Assembly: GCA_949295005.1 (NCBI GenBank)
Contig: CASFJL010000003.1
Span: 1,118 to 65,117 of the forward strand
Direction of reading: 5' to 3'
Length of the DNA: 64,000 bases
DNA from: an uncultured Pseudomonadota bacterium
GTDB taxonomy: Bacteria > Pseudomonadota > Alphaproteobacteria > RF32 > CAG-239
A program made the translations under genes and the position numbers. The notes under the pieces are model-generated. The model was not told the origin of the DNA and did not search any database. It saw only the letters and a list, made by a program, of their open reading frames with translations. Of the stretch, positions 10,194 through 19,499 are shown one piece after another (the stretch's first letter is position 1; each line of letters starts with the position of its first letter).

Positions 10194-10970
10194 TTATAAT
10201 TCTGCATTTTCATATAATTTAATATTATGCTTGTATATAACGGTTAAACATATATTGGAATCATTTGAATTGTTGCAGGTGTCTGCAAATTCTCCGTTTT
10301 GGGCAATATATGGCGGAATTTCAAAAGATATTAAATCTGTGACAGTTTGTTCCTCATTTTCATCATAACCTATTTGATATGTTCCGGTATGGCTTTGAAT
10401 GACTAATTGCTCGCATTTTTTCTCATCAGAATCCCCTTCTGCATATTTTTTGCAAATGGGATAACCAAAGCCTGGATCATCTCCAACCATATCTTTCATT
10501 GCTGTCAAAAAATCATTGCTTGGTAAACCTGTTTTTATGCTTAACCATTTTTGCGGTAAAACCAAAAATGAAACTAAATAGGTGATTGAATCTTCATTGC
10601 GGCACTCTAAGGCAGATGTTCCGTCCTCTGATAAGCAATAGATTTCTGTGACAATATTATCATCATCAACAAAACCATAGGGAAGATAACTTCCTCCACT
10701 GCTTGGTGATAAATCTTCTTTTTGTAATACTCCGGTTGCAAAAGTGACCGTGCCTGAAGGAGTGGACGTGCCGTCCGGATTTTGAATTTGGGCATATGGC
10801 GGCGTGTGCGCCTTAATGTATAAGGCACCGGCTTGCTGTTTTATTAAAATTTTTGATATGATGGAACGTGCTAAAGGCTCTATTTCAATTTTTCTGATAT
10901 CTGAGCGATATGATAAATTGAATGAATAAAGAGCTAATATCAACGTTGCCAAAATTACCCAAATATACAT
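10194..10970 (-). CDS. Membrane-anchored Cys-containing hypothetical protein, apparently co-transcribed with the giant pilin-like gene
   Basis: 258 aa with an N-terminal hydrophobic anchor (MYIWVILATLILALYSF) and no cleavable prepilin motif. The soluble part has scattered Cys residues. An AAGGTGA RBS precedes the start, and the stop lies 20 nt upstream of the 990-aa gene start. Confidence 0.6.
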   Translation of the reverse strand: MYIWVILATLILALYSFNLSYRSDIRKIEIEPLARSIISKILIKQQAGALYIKAHTPPYAQIQNPDGTSTPSGTVTFATGVLQKEDLSPSSGGSYLPYGFVDDDNIVTEIYCLSEDGTSALECRNEDSITYLVSFLVLPQKWLSIKTGLPSNDFLTAMKDMVGDDPGFGYPICKKYAEGDSDEKKCEQLVIQSHTGTYQIGYDENEEQTVTDLISFEIPPYIAQNGEFADTCNNSNDSNICLTVIYKHNIKLYENAEL

Positions 10971-11202
10971 TTTTCACCTTAAATCTTTATTTATTTCTTT
11001 TATGAGTTTAGCATAAAAAATCAATATATTATAGTAAATATCCACGTTTTTTATCAAAATTTCATATTTTTGAAACATTATATATCCTGATTTTATAATT
11101 TATTCTTAATTTATCTGCATTTTACATTCGGAAAAGTTAAAAAAAATGCTTGGCTTATTTTTTGTTCAATTATAAAATACTTTCAATCTTAAGGAGAGAA
11201 GT

Positions 11203-11976
11203 ATGATTAAGAGTCTTTGTCTTATTACCGGTTTGATGTTGGGTGTTTCTTCCGCTGTTTGGGCGGATGATGCTTTCTTTTCTGAAGAGGAGGGGGTGAC
11301 ATCTTTTCAAAAAGATAAAGAAGCTTGGCGGCGTAATGAGGTTAGATTACCCCAAACTGAAACAAAAAAACAAGAAATCCTTTCTGAAATAAAACAAGCT
11401 ATCGGAGATGCCGCTTGGAATAATATTTCTCAGGCAGAGCAAATCTTTTGTTATGAAGTAACAACCAAACCTCAAGATTATGATGGATATACACTAAATA
11501 ATATGGCTTTGACAGCTTTTTGCGGTGTAATTAAAGATGATATCAAACAAAATGTTTTATCTCAGCTCTTTATGAATAATAAAAACGTGTTGTTTAATGT
11601 GCGGGAAGATTGTATGGTTCAGCCGCGTATCGTTTTGCGTTTTGTCAGAGGTGTGGATATGACTGATGTTATGCTTTCTGCTCCTTGTTATTCTTTTGCC
11701 GTTTATGCAAACGGCGGCGCAAAAGTGTTTAATGCGCGTCCTGCCGCTCAGGTTATTGATGCTATGGTTGATACTTTTGATAAAAATAAAATGGATTTCG
11801 TCTCCCCTGCATTATTGAATCAGTTGTTGCCGATTGGTGTGCCTCAGACAAAAGAACAACAAGAACTGGTCAGTAAAAAAGAAAAAGCCAAGGGCGTTTG
11901 GATGGATAAGAAAAAAAATGAGGAAAAAAACAAAAAGAAAAATCAAGGCTGGAATAATTTAGATTTAGGATTTTGA
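11203..11976 (+). CDS. Secreted hypothetical protein with a Lys-rich C-terminal tail
   Basis: 257 aa with a signal peptide (CLITGLMLGVSSAVWA/DD) and an AAGGAGAG RBS. It is divergent from the pilin-like operon across a 232-bp spacer and is followed by a strong terminator. Confidence 0.6.
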   Translation: MIKSLCLITGLMLGVSSAVWADDAFFSEEEGVTSFQKDKEAWRRNEVRLPQTETKKQEILSEIKQAIGDAAWNNISQAEQIFCYEVTTKPQDYDGYTLNNMALTAFCGVIKDDIKQNVLSQLFMNNKNVLFNVREDCMVQPRIVLRFVRGVDMTDVMLSAPCYSFAVYANGGAKVFNARPAAQVIDAMVDTFDKNKMDFVSPALLNQLLPIGVPQTKEQQELVSKKEKAKGVWMDKKKNEEKNKKKNQGWNNLDLGF

Positions 11977-11989
11977 TTTTCTTTATTAT

Positions 11990-12032
11990 AAAAAATATCC
12001 CAAAACTTTAATGTTTTGGGATATTTTTTTTT
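11990..12032. terminator. Bidirectional rho-independent terminator between convergent genes
   Basis: aaaaaATATCCCAAAACtttaatGTTTTGGGATATtttttttt: a 12-bp perfect stem with A and T runs on both sides. Confidence 0.8.
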
Positions 12033-12044
12033 ACTTTTACTTAT

Positions 12045-12659
12045 TTATTCATAATTTTCAATATAGCTGTTGTTGGCAACATACATATTCAAATAACGGC
12101 GGATATTTTGATCCATTTTTGCGTTAAATTCATTGAATAATTTTGTTACCATAGAGTTCCAGTATTGTTCCTTTTCAATAATATCTGTATCTGCAGGAAT
12201 GATTAATTCTCTCCATGCGATAACTTCTGTTTCTGCTTTTGATAAGCTTTTTGTGTCTTTTATTTGAATGACAACATCTAAATTTGCACGATATTTGATG
12301 CGGTCTTTGGTGAACATTTCTTGTGCTTTTTCAATCTCTTCAGTGACACTTGCATCTTTAATAATAACGGTTGCAATTTTGTCAGAGCCAAAATCAACCG
12401 CTTTTAATCTGTCACGAGCCCAAGTTTTTGCGGTTTTTTCAATGGAGATTGGAAACAAGTGTTCAACATTCGGACGTGTGAAAGTTGGTGTAAACTCTGA
12501 AACAATTTCAATCTTTTTTACTTTTAAGTCAATAGGTTCCAAATTGCTGAAACGAGGTTCACGGTAATTGCTGGTTTCTTCTTCCGTATTCATGGAAGCA
12601 CAGGCAGAAACAAGTGTAATCATCATTACAACAGGTAAAATTCTTTTAAATATTCTCAT
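12045..12659 (-). CDS. Hypothetical lipoprotein
   Basis: 204 aa with the lipobox signal MRIFKRILPVVMMITLVSAC/AS. I recognise no family. Confidence 0.65.
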   Translation of the reverse strand: MRIFKRILPVVMMITLVSACASMNTEEETSNYREPRFSNLEPIDLKVKKIEIVSEFTPTFTRPNVEHLFPISIEKTAKTWARDRLKAVDFGSDKIATVIIKDASVTEEIEKAQEMFTKDRIKYRANLDVVIQIKDTKSLSKAETEVIAWRELIIPADTDIIEKEQYWNSMVTKLFNEFNAKMDQNIRRYLNMYVANNSYIENYE

Positions 12660-12724
12660 TTTTTATAGTCCTAATAGTTATTTATTTTTTTTTTGTATTA
12701 TCCTATATATAAATTAACATGTCG

Positions 12725-13639
12725 TTAATGATTTATAATTTCCCCTTTGTCAAAAACATATTTTTCACCGCAAAAATGACATTCTGCCGTGATTTTTCCG
12801 TCTTCTGCCAAATGTTCAATTTCTTCCTTATCAAAAGAACGCAGCGTATTTAAAAGTTTTTCTCTATTGCAACGGCAACCAAATTTATATTCTATACTTT
12901 TGGTAATGACTAAATTGTTATTATGGTATAGGCGGTGCAAAATATCTTCTGCGTTCAAATCTGCATTGAAAATTTCATCCGCAGTTAAGGAATGCATAAA
13001 GACTTGAGCTTGATTCCAAGCTTCTTTTGCTTCTTCTTCATCTAATTCTTCTTTGCCGCCTTTGCTTGGCATCTTCTGAATCATAATACCGGCAGCGCTC
13101 CAGCTTTTTGATTCTCCTTGCGGTGGCAGTATAAACAATTGCAAGTCTGTGTCAATTTGTTCTGATTGTTTGAAATAACGTAAAGCACATTCAGACAAAT
13201 TCTTGCCTCTTAAGTCAACAATGCCTTGATAAAGTTGAGTGTTTTCTCCCTGATCAACCGTGAAGGCTAATCTGCCTTCTCCCATCAAATGCGGTGCAGG
13301 TTCAATCTCACCGCTCATTTTTCTTAACGCTTGAGATTTTTTTAAGTGTTCTTCATCAAACTTGGCGCAAGCACGCATGGTTCCATCAGATTTTACATCT
13401 ACAACAACCATAGGAACAGGTCCATTGCTTTCTGTTTGTAATGTAAACAAACCTTCATATTTGATTGAGCTGGCTAACATGGCCGCTAAAACAGAACTTT
13501 CAGCAATCACGCCGGAAACAGGCAGCGGATATCCATGTTTTTGTAAAATGGTGTCTATTACTTTGTTTAATCTGATTAAACGTCCCCTGAAAGCGCCGTT
13601 ATCAATATGAAATGACGTGCAAATATCAAAATTTTTCAA
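12725..13639 (-). CDS. hslO: Redox-regulated chaperone Hsp33
   Basis: 304 aa with the C-terminal zinc centre CRCNREK...CHFCGEKY (CxC...CxxC). The Hsp33 N-terminal domain is colinear. Confidence 0.9.
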   Translation of the reverse strand: MKNFDICTSFHIDNGAFRGRLIRLNKVIDTILQKHGYPLPVSGVIAESSVLAAMLASSIKYEGLFTLQTESNGPVPMVVVDVKSDGTMRACAKFDEEHLKKSQALRKMSGEIEPAPHLMGEGRLAFTVDQGENTQLYQGIVDLRGKNLSECALRYFKQSEQIDTDLQLFILPPQGESKSWSAAGIMIQKMPSKGGKEELDEEEAKEAWNQAQVFMHSLTADEIFNADLNAEDILHRLYHNNNLVITKSIEYKFGCRCNREKLLNTLRSFDKEEIEHLAEDGKITAECHFCGEKYVFDKGEIINH

Positions 13640-13657
13640 ATTTTATCCCCTTAATTA

Positions 13658-14260
13658 ATGATTTTTATAAATATATCTGCTACATATGTAATGATTTTTT
13701 TAGGAGTTTGCAAGTTGTTTGATGAAATTGAAAAGCCCAAAAAGAAAAAAGTGTTAAAAAAAATAACACCGCAACGATTGAGAAATATTGCTCTTTATTA
13801 TCTAAAGCGTTATGAAACATCTACGGCAAACTTGCGCCAAGTTTTGCGTAAACGTGTTAATGATTATGCTTTTTATAATAAAGAGTTTGATAAGCAAGAA
13901 GCCTATGCTTGGATAGAAGATATTGTTGCTGATTTTTTGCGCTATGGTTATGTGGATGATGAACGCTTTGCCGAAATTAAAATCAGAGATTATAAACAAA
14001 TGGGAAAATCAGTTCGCTATATTAAGGCAAAACTTAAAGAAAAGGGCGTAAACGATGATTTGGTTGAACAATTGCTTGAAACTCAAGATTATGATGAATT
14101 GCAAGCAGCTCTAAAGTTTGCGCAAAAAAAACGAATCGGACGTTTTCGCGCTGCCGACAAACAATTTGAATACAAGCAAAAAGATATGGCCGCATTGGCT
14201 CGTGCCGGTTTTTCTTATGATGTTGTCTGTGAAGTTTGTCAAATGCACGAAGATTTTTAA
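13658..14260 (+). CDS. recX: Recombination regulator RecX (start uncertain; possibly the internal Met at 13691)
   Basis: RLRNIALYYLKRYETSTANLRQVLRKRV followed by repeated three-helix RecX-type units. The ORF start lies only 18 nt from the divergent hslO start, so the true start may be further downstream. Confidence 0.8.
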   Translation: MIFINISATYVMIFLGVCKLFDEIEKPKKKKVLKKITPQRLRNIALYYLKRYETSTANLRQVLRKRVNDYAFYNKEFDKQEAYAWIEDIVADFLRYGYVDDERFAEIKIRDYKQMGKSVRYIKAKLKEKGVNDDLVEQLLETQDYDELQAALKFAQKKRIGRFRAADKQFEYKQKDMAALARAGFSYDVVCEVCQMHEDF

Positions 14261-15063
14261 TATTCCACTTTGCTTAAGTATAATCCGCAAGCAGGCGCAT
14301 TAGGGCCTGATTTTCTTCTGTCTTTGGCTTCCAAAATGGTTTTTATCTCTTCTGGTTTAATTTGATTGTTACCGACCATTTTTAATGTGCCAACCATGTT
14401 TCTGACCTGATGATGCAGAAAGGAGCGTGCCTCAACAATAAAATCAATCTCATCTCCGTTTTGAATGATATCTAATTTGTCCAGCGTTTTTATCGGAGAT
14501 TTTGCCTGACAAGCCGCAGCTCGGAAAGAAGTGAAGTCATGCTGACCAAGCAAGTACTTTGCACCTTCTTGCATTTTTTCAACATCTAAAGGATAAGGCA
14601 CCCACCAAACTCGATTTTTTTGCAGGGCAGGGAATGAACGTCGGTTCAAAATCTTATAAATATAGCCTCGACCTTTGGCTGAAAAACGTGCATTAAAATC
14701 GTCTGAGACTTTTTCTACTTTTAATACACTCATGGCTATGTCTTGGCTGCGGAGGTGATGGTTTAAGCCTTGTAACATTCTAAACTCATCAATATCTTTA
14801 TCCATATCAAAATGCACCACCTGACACAGAGCGTGCACTCCGGCATCAGTTCTTCCGGCGCATTGAACGGTGATTTGCGGTTCTTTACCAAAAACGGCAA
14901 AAGGATTATAGAGATTGCCTTTTTCATCGGCTGAAACTTTTTCAACCCCTGTAAAGCAAGCAATGGCTGTTTCCAAATATTCTTGTGCGCTGGGACCGTC
15001 TAGTTGCCTTTGCCAACCTAAAAGATTGGTGCCATCGTATTCTAATGTTAATTTGTATCTCAT
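14257..15063 (-). CDS. truA: tRNA pseudouridine(38-40) synthase TruA
   Basis: MRYKLTLEYDGTNLLGWQRQ and the catalytic motif GRTDAGVHA. The length of 268 aa is typical. Confidence 0.93.
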   Translation of the reverse strand: MRYKLTLEYDGTNLLGWQRQLDGPSAQEYLETAIACFTGVEKVSADEKGNLYNPFAVFGKEPQITVQCAGRTDAGVHALCQVVHFDMDKDIDEFRMLQGLNHHLRSQDIAMSVLKVEKVSDDFNARFSAKGRGYIYKILNRRSFPALQKNRVWWVPYPLDVEKMQEGAKYLLGQHDFTSFRAAACQAKSPIKTLDKLDIIQNGDEIDFIVEARSFLHHQVRNMVGTLKMVGNNQIKPEEIKTILEAKDRRKSGPNAPACGLYLSKVEY

Positions 15064-15132
15064 TTATTTTCTTAAAACATGTATAATGGACGATTAGGGT
15101 AAAAGTTCGTATTTCATTAGCTTTTTTCCACC

Positions 15133-15165
15133 AAAAAAAGGGGGTAAAACTTATCCCCTTTTTTA
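15133..15165 (-). terminator. Rho-independent terminator after the oxidoreductase gene
   Basis: aaaaaaaGGGGgtaaaacttatCCCCtttttt: a short GC stem flanked by A and T runs, located between the stop at 15196 and the truA start. Confidence 0.55.
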
Positions 15166-15195
15166 TTATAAAACTTTGCTTTTGGCAATGCTTTA

Positions 15196-16218
15196 TTATG
15201 CTACTTTGCTTAAATTTTCTTGAGGCATTTCTTCCTGCCATAAGCCTAATTTTTTCTGAATAGCCCAAATAACACGCAAAGCTTCCAATGCATTTTGACC
15301 GCTGATTCTTGGAGTTTCTTTGCCGTTAACACAGTTTACAAAGTGGGTTAATTCTGCTGTCAAAGGTTGGTTAGTTGGAATGAACAATTGCTCAACACTG
15401 CCTTTCAAGCCATAGTTCATCCAATCCGGAATGCTTTCTTGGTTAACATAAGGCATACGTCCTTGAGAATGAACATTAATGCTTTGGTTGATGAAGTCCA
15501 TGTCAATGTAGTTGGTATCTGTTGTAACAGTTAAGGTACGAACACGGGCTTGGGTAATACGGCTAGCGGTGATGTTGGCTGTAACCCCGTTTTCAAATGT
15601 GAGTAAAGCCGTGATATAATCTTTTCCTTCCGGATGATCCGGTGTGGTAACGGCTGCGGCTTGAATGTCTTTAATTGGAGATTGAACCAAAGACAAAATG
15701 ATTTCAGCATCATGAATCATTAAGTCCATAGAAACATCAACGTCTGTGATACGACCGCTGGCTGCAGACATACGTTGAGCAGTCAAAGAACGAATCTTGT
15801 TGGTGTCATGCAACAATTTGTGCATTTGTTCAACCGCTGGGTTGAATTGTTCAATGTGGCCAACAAGCAAAGTTACGTTATTTTTTGCTGCGGCATTGAT
15901 TAAGCGTTGGCAACCTTCTTCCGTGGTGGCCAATGGTTTTTCCATCATGCAGTGGATGCCGCGGTTTAAGAAAAATTCACCAACATCAGCGTGGGTAACA
16001 GATGTGGTCACAACGCTGACAGCATCTACATTTGCAGCAACTTCTTCTAATGAAGAAAAGGCTTTAATCCCAAACATTTCGGCTGCTTTTTCTCTGGCTT
16101 CAGGAAAAATATCATATACGCCGACAAGTTCAACACCTTGAAGATTTTTGTATGTTTTAAGATGGTTTCTTCCCATCATACCCGCGCCAATAACGGCAAC
16201 TTTGAGTAAATTTGTCAT
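15196..16218 (-). CDS. Gfo/Idh/MocA family NAD(P)-dependent oxidoreductase
   Basis: N-terminal Rossmann motif KVAVIGAGMMGRNHL and the EKP motif (CMMEKPLA). The length is 340 aa. Confidence 0.85.
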   Translation of the reverse strand: MTNLLKVAVIGAGMMGRNHLKTYKNLQGVELVGVYDIFPEAREKAAEMFGIKAFSSLEEVAANVDAVSVVTTSVTHADVGEFFLNRGIHCMMEKPLATTEEGCQRLINAAAKNNVTLLVGHIEQFNPAVEQMHKLLHDTNKIRSLTAQRMSAASGRITDVDVSMDLMIHDAEIILSLVQSPIKDIQAAAVTTPDHPEGKDYITALLTFENGVTANITASRITQARVRTLTVTTDTNYIDMDFINQSINVHSQGRMPYVNQESIPDWMNYGLKGSVEQLFIPTNQPLTAELTHFVNCVNGKETPRISGQNALEALRVIWAIQKKLGLWQEEMPQENLSKVA

Positions 16219-16341
16219 CTTTATTTTCCTTAAATTTAAGTTTGCTGATTTATTTAGTTTACTATTAGCAAAAGTTTTGATAAAAATCTCTTAAATTCTT
16301 GTTACATATTGTTACATTTTGTTGAACATAAGGAAAATGAT

Positions 16342-18135
16342 ATGAAAATGTATACAAAACAAATATTTATGTCTTTTTTTGTGGGCGTTTTGCTTTCTTC
16401 TTGCTCAATGTTTGCGCCAAAAGAATCTGCTTTGAAAGAAAAAAATATTCCGACTCAGGTTCAAAAAGAAGAAGTTCAACACGTTAAAGGGCGTTTGGAT
16501 GTTTATGCTTCTATGGCGCGTTCAACAAAATATAATACAGAAAAAAATTATCAGAATTTGTCCGAAGTGTTGCAAAAACACTCTCAGCAAAAATCAGCTC
16601 AAGATTTGTTGGCTTATGTTAATAATAAATATAATGACAATTCTTTGTGGGCGGCTTCTCAAAAATTGGATTTTGCCATTTTATATGCCACAGTTGCTCT
16701 TTCTGATGATGGCGTTTTTGTTCATGATTATTTGTATAATTATGCTGCGCAACAAATTGCATTGGCAACCATTAAAGGGCAGAGCGAAGCTTTGTTTGCC
16801 CAAAGAAAACTGAAAGACTTAAACCGCCTGACAACCCAAACAGAAAAAAATGTTTTTAACCTTAACCAAAAATTGCTTAAAAAAGGGGCGTTGTCTGCAG
16901 AGGAGTTGGAGTATAAAAAATCTATTGAAGTTTCTTTGTATAATTTGAAGCAAATGCAAACTTCTTTGAATGATTCTTGGAACAATTTTGCAGATTTTGT
17001 TAAAACATCTCCCAAAAATTTGCATGTTAAAGGCAAGCATTTTTATGAATTGGAAGATTTTGATAAAAAAAATCAGTTAAGCACATTTCAATATGTTGCT
17101 CTTAATAATCGAGTTGAGTTTGATTTGGCAAGAAAAGAGATTTTGGGATTTAACGCTTTTCATTTATATGACAAAACTTTGCAGAATTATCCGGCTCTAA
17201 AGCGTTTGGAAATTAATGGTTTTGATTTTAAGGATAATCTCTATCAGCAAGAGTTGAAAAATAATGCTCAGTTAATTGTTGATAGTTTGCTTGACGGTGT
17301 TTCAGAATATCTTGTTGCCGGAAGTGCTGAAAAACAAAATGTGTTGCAACGTGAGGTGATGAGTAATCTTGGTGCGGCAATTTTGACACAGTTGACGGTT
17401 GATTATGTTTTGGTTGAAACAACTTCTGAAGATTTGTTACAAGCAAAAGAAAATGCAGCCTCTTTGCGTGCTGATATCAGACAAGATGAGCGTTTGAAAA
17501 AACATACCTCTGCTCAGTTGGCGCAATTGTTGCAAAAAAGATTAAAATTAAATGATGCTGAATTGTTGGTTAGTCAGATTCAAGGAGAAAGAGCTGTTGC
17601 TTTGCGTGCTTTGTATTTTCATAGCGGGTTGTCGGTCTTTTCTCAAGAGTTGTTAAAAAATAAATTGGAAGTAATTGAGGCCTCATTAAAAAAAGCTTTT
17701 AACAAAGATATGATTGAGATGCTTTCTCAAGCAAAAGATTTGGAAAAACAGCAAAAAACACAAGGAAACAACTGGGCAAAATCTGAAAATTGGTTGGAAG
17801 AACTTATTGATAAAAAAGCTAAAAAAACGCAAGAACCCATTATTTTGCCACAAAAACCAAAGGGTGATTTTTCTTTATATGAAGAAAAAGTTTTTGATAC
17901 TTATCCCGTGATGCAGTTGGGTGCTTATCGGCAAAAAGAAAACGCTGATATAGAATGGCAAATGTTGAAAGAATTGTATCCGGAGTTTGATTTGGTCAAA
18001 CCCAAAATCGAGAGCTCTGTTGTGAACGGAAAAATGATGTATCGTTTGATTATAAAATCTAAAAAAGGCGGCTTTTTAGATTTGTGCAACAAATTGAGAA
18101 AAGATAAAATTGAATGTATTTTAAAACAGAAATAA
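16342..18135 (+). CDS. SPOR-domain lipoprotein with a long helical N-terminal region
   Basis: ATG at 16342 after an AAGGAAAA RBS, and lipobox VGVLLSSC/S. The C-terminal YPVMQLGAYRQKENADIEWQMLKELYPEF...GKMMYRLII is a SPOR (septal peptidoglycan-binding) fold signature. Confidence 0.7.
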   Translation: MKMYTKQIFMSFFVGVLLSSCSMFAPKESALKEKNIPTQVQKEEVQHVKGRLDVYASMARSTKYNTEKNYQNLSEVLQKHSQQKSAQDLLAYVNNKYNDNSLWAASQKLDFAILYATVALSDDGVFVHDYLYNYAAQQIALATIKGQSEALFAQRKLKDLNRLTTQTEKNVFNLNQKLLKKGALSAEELEYKKSIEVSLYNLKQMQTSLNDSWNNFADFVKTSPKNLHVKGKHFYELEDFDKKNQLSTFQYVALNNRVEFDLARKEILGFNAFHLYDKTLQNYPALKRLEINGFDFKDNLYQQELKNNAQLIVDSLLDGVSEYLVAGSAEKQNVLQREVMSNLGAAILTQLTVDYVLVETTSEDLLQAKENAASLRADIRQDERLKKHTSAQLAQLLQKRLKLNDAELLVSQIQGERAVALRALYFHSGLSVFSQELLKNKLEVIEASLKKAFNKDMIEMLSQAKDLEKQQKTQGNNWAKSENWLEELIDKKAKKTQEPIILPQKPKGDFSLYEEKVFDTYPVMQLGAYRQKENADIEWQMLKELYPEFDLVKPKIESSVVNGKMMYRLIIKSKKGGFLDLCNKLRKDKIECILKQK

Positions 18136-18199
18136 TTTGTTTGTAAATATAATCAAAATATATTATATTATAAAATAAATTTGAAAATGAGTGGGAAAT

Positions 18200-19483
18200 A
18201 TGTCTGATTTTAATAATAAGTATTCTATTCCGCCAAAAAAGAATAAGCATAGCGAAGAGGAAGTTTTTGATTTTTCCTATGTTAAAAGTCCTATTCCTCC
18301 AAAAAAAACGGACACTTCTTTGTCTTATTCTTGGAAAGCAGTTTCTAAAGATGATACAGAAAAAAATTCCCCTCAGAAAAAGCCTTTAAGAGAATCTCAA
18401 ATTGCGGCAGCTGAAATTGCCATTGAACAAAAAATGTTCAAAGTGCCTGAACAAGAGATGCAAGATGCAAATCAAAATTTTTCCGGTAAAATAATAGAAG
18501 ATAAAAATTTTGCTAAAAAAGATTTATCTAATGCTGATTTTTCCGTAACGGATTTGTCCGGAGCTGACTTTTCCGGTGCTAATCTTGCAGGAGCAAATTT
18601 TGCAGGGGCAAACCTTTCGGAAGCAAATTTTTCAGGAGCTGATTTAAGCGGTGCAGTTTTGTCCGGTGCAAATTTATTGAAAACTAACTTTACCGGCGCA
18701 AAATTAAACAGAGTGACTTTGACTGAAGCAAATTTGGAAGAAGCCATTCTTTTAGGCATTGAAATTGATGATTTGGGCTTGGAAGAGCTCCAAACCTTGA
18801 TTGAATATATGGCAACATATTATCCGCATAAGCTTAATTTGACCAAGTTAAATTTGAGTTTGTTGGATTTAAGCAAAATTGATTTAACCAAGGTTAGTTT
18901 GAGAGGGGTTGATTTTACCGGCTGTTCTATGAAAGGGGTTAGAATTTGGGAGTTGGATTTAAGTGAATGCATTATTTCTCCCGAACAGATTGCAGAAGCT
19001 CTCGGTCGTGTACCCTCAGCATTGGAATTGGCCAAACTCCTTGCTCCTAAAAAATCTAAAAAACCACAAAAAAATTTGGGTGAAGATGTTATTAAATTCT
19101 TTTATGAAGTTAAAAAAGACTATGGTGTTTGGGATGTAACCAATGATAAAGGCTTGGATATTGGTAAGCTCGTTGAATCTGGCATGAAAGTTTTTAGAAA
19201 AGCAGTGGATAAACCCAAACCGCCTATGGAAGGCGAAGAATTGGTCGCTCATTTGAAGGAAGAAAGACAAAGCGATGATAAAAACAGAAATGAAATGTTA
19301 AAAGAAAAAATTATGCAGCGTAAAGAAGCTGAACGTAAGAAATTGGCAGAAAAAAAACAAGAATTTCAGCAAGAAGTCAGCCGCTCTCAACAAGAAAAAG
19401 ATGAGGAAATTAAGGTTTCTGAAAAGAATAAAAATTATCAAATGGTTGATAAAATGGTTCGTCGTGACAGAGGCCGAGAATAA
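18200..19483 (+). CDS. Pentapeptide-repeat protein with a charged K/E-rich C-terminal region
   Basis: About 19 consecutive A(D/N)LxX units ([77 protein letters not shown]) and a second, looser tract. The start is ATG at 18200 or GTG at 18191. Confidence 0.85.
   Translation: MSDFNNKYSIPPKKNKHSEEEVFDFSYVKSPIPPKKTDTSLSYSWKAVSKDDTEKNSPQKKPLRESQIAAAEIAIEQKMFKVPEQEMQDANQNFSGKIIEDKNFAKKDLSNADFSVTDLSGADFSGANLAGANFAGANLSEANFSGADLSGAVLSGANLLKTNFTGAKLNRVTLTEANLEEAILLGIEIDDLGLEELQTLIEYMATYYPHKLNLTKLNLSLLDLSKIDLTKVSLRGVDFTGCSMKGVRIWELDLSECIISPEQIAEALGRVPSALELAKLLAPKKSKKPQKNLGEDVIKFFYEVKKDYGVWDVTNDKGLDIGKLVESGMKVFRKAVDKPKPPMEGEELVAHLKEERQSDDKNRNEMLKEKIMQRKEAERKKLAEKKQEFQQEVSRSQQEKDEEIKVSEKNKNYQMVDKMVRRDRGRE
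18476..18754 (+). repeat. Coding tandem pentapeptide-repeat tract (15-nt period)
   Basis: Residues ~96-188 of the ORF are contiguous five-residue repeats, visible in the DNA as repeated gcNaat/gatttNtcNgg units. Confidence 0.8.
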
Positions 19484-19499
19484 GTGGTGGGCAAGATAA

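Noticed and set aside
14942-15268. A 108-aa ORF bridging the truA start, the intergenic terminator and the end of the oxidoreductase gene.
   Set aside because: It overlaps two well-supported genes and a terminator hairpin, its sequence is basic and low-complexity, and it has no RBS. It is spurious.
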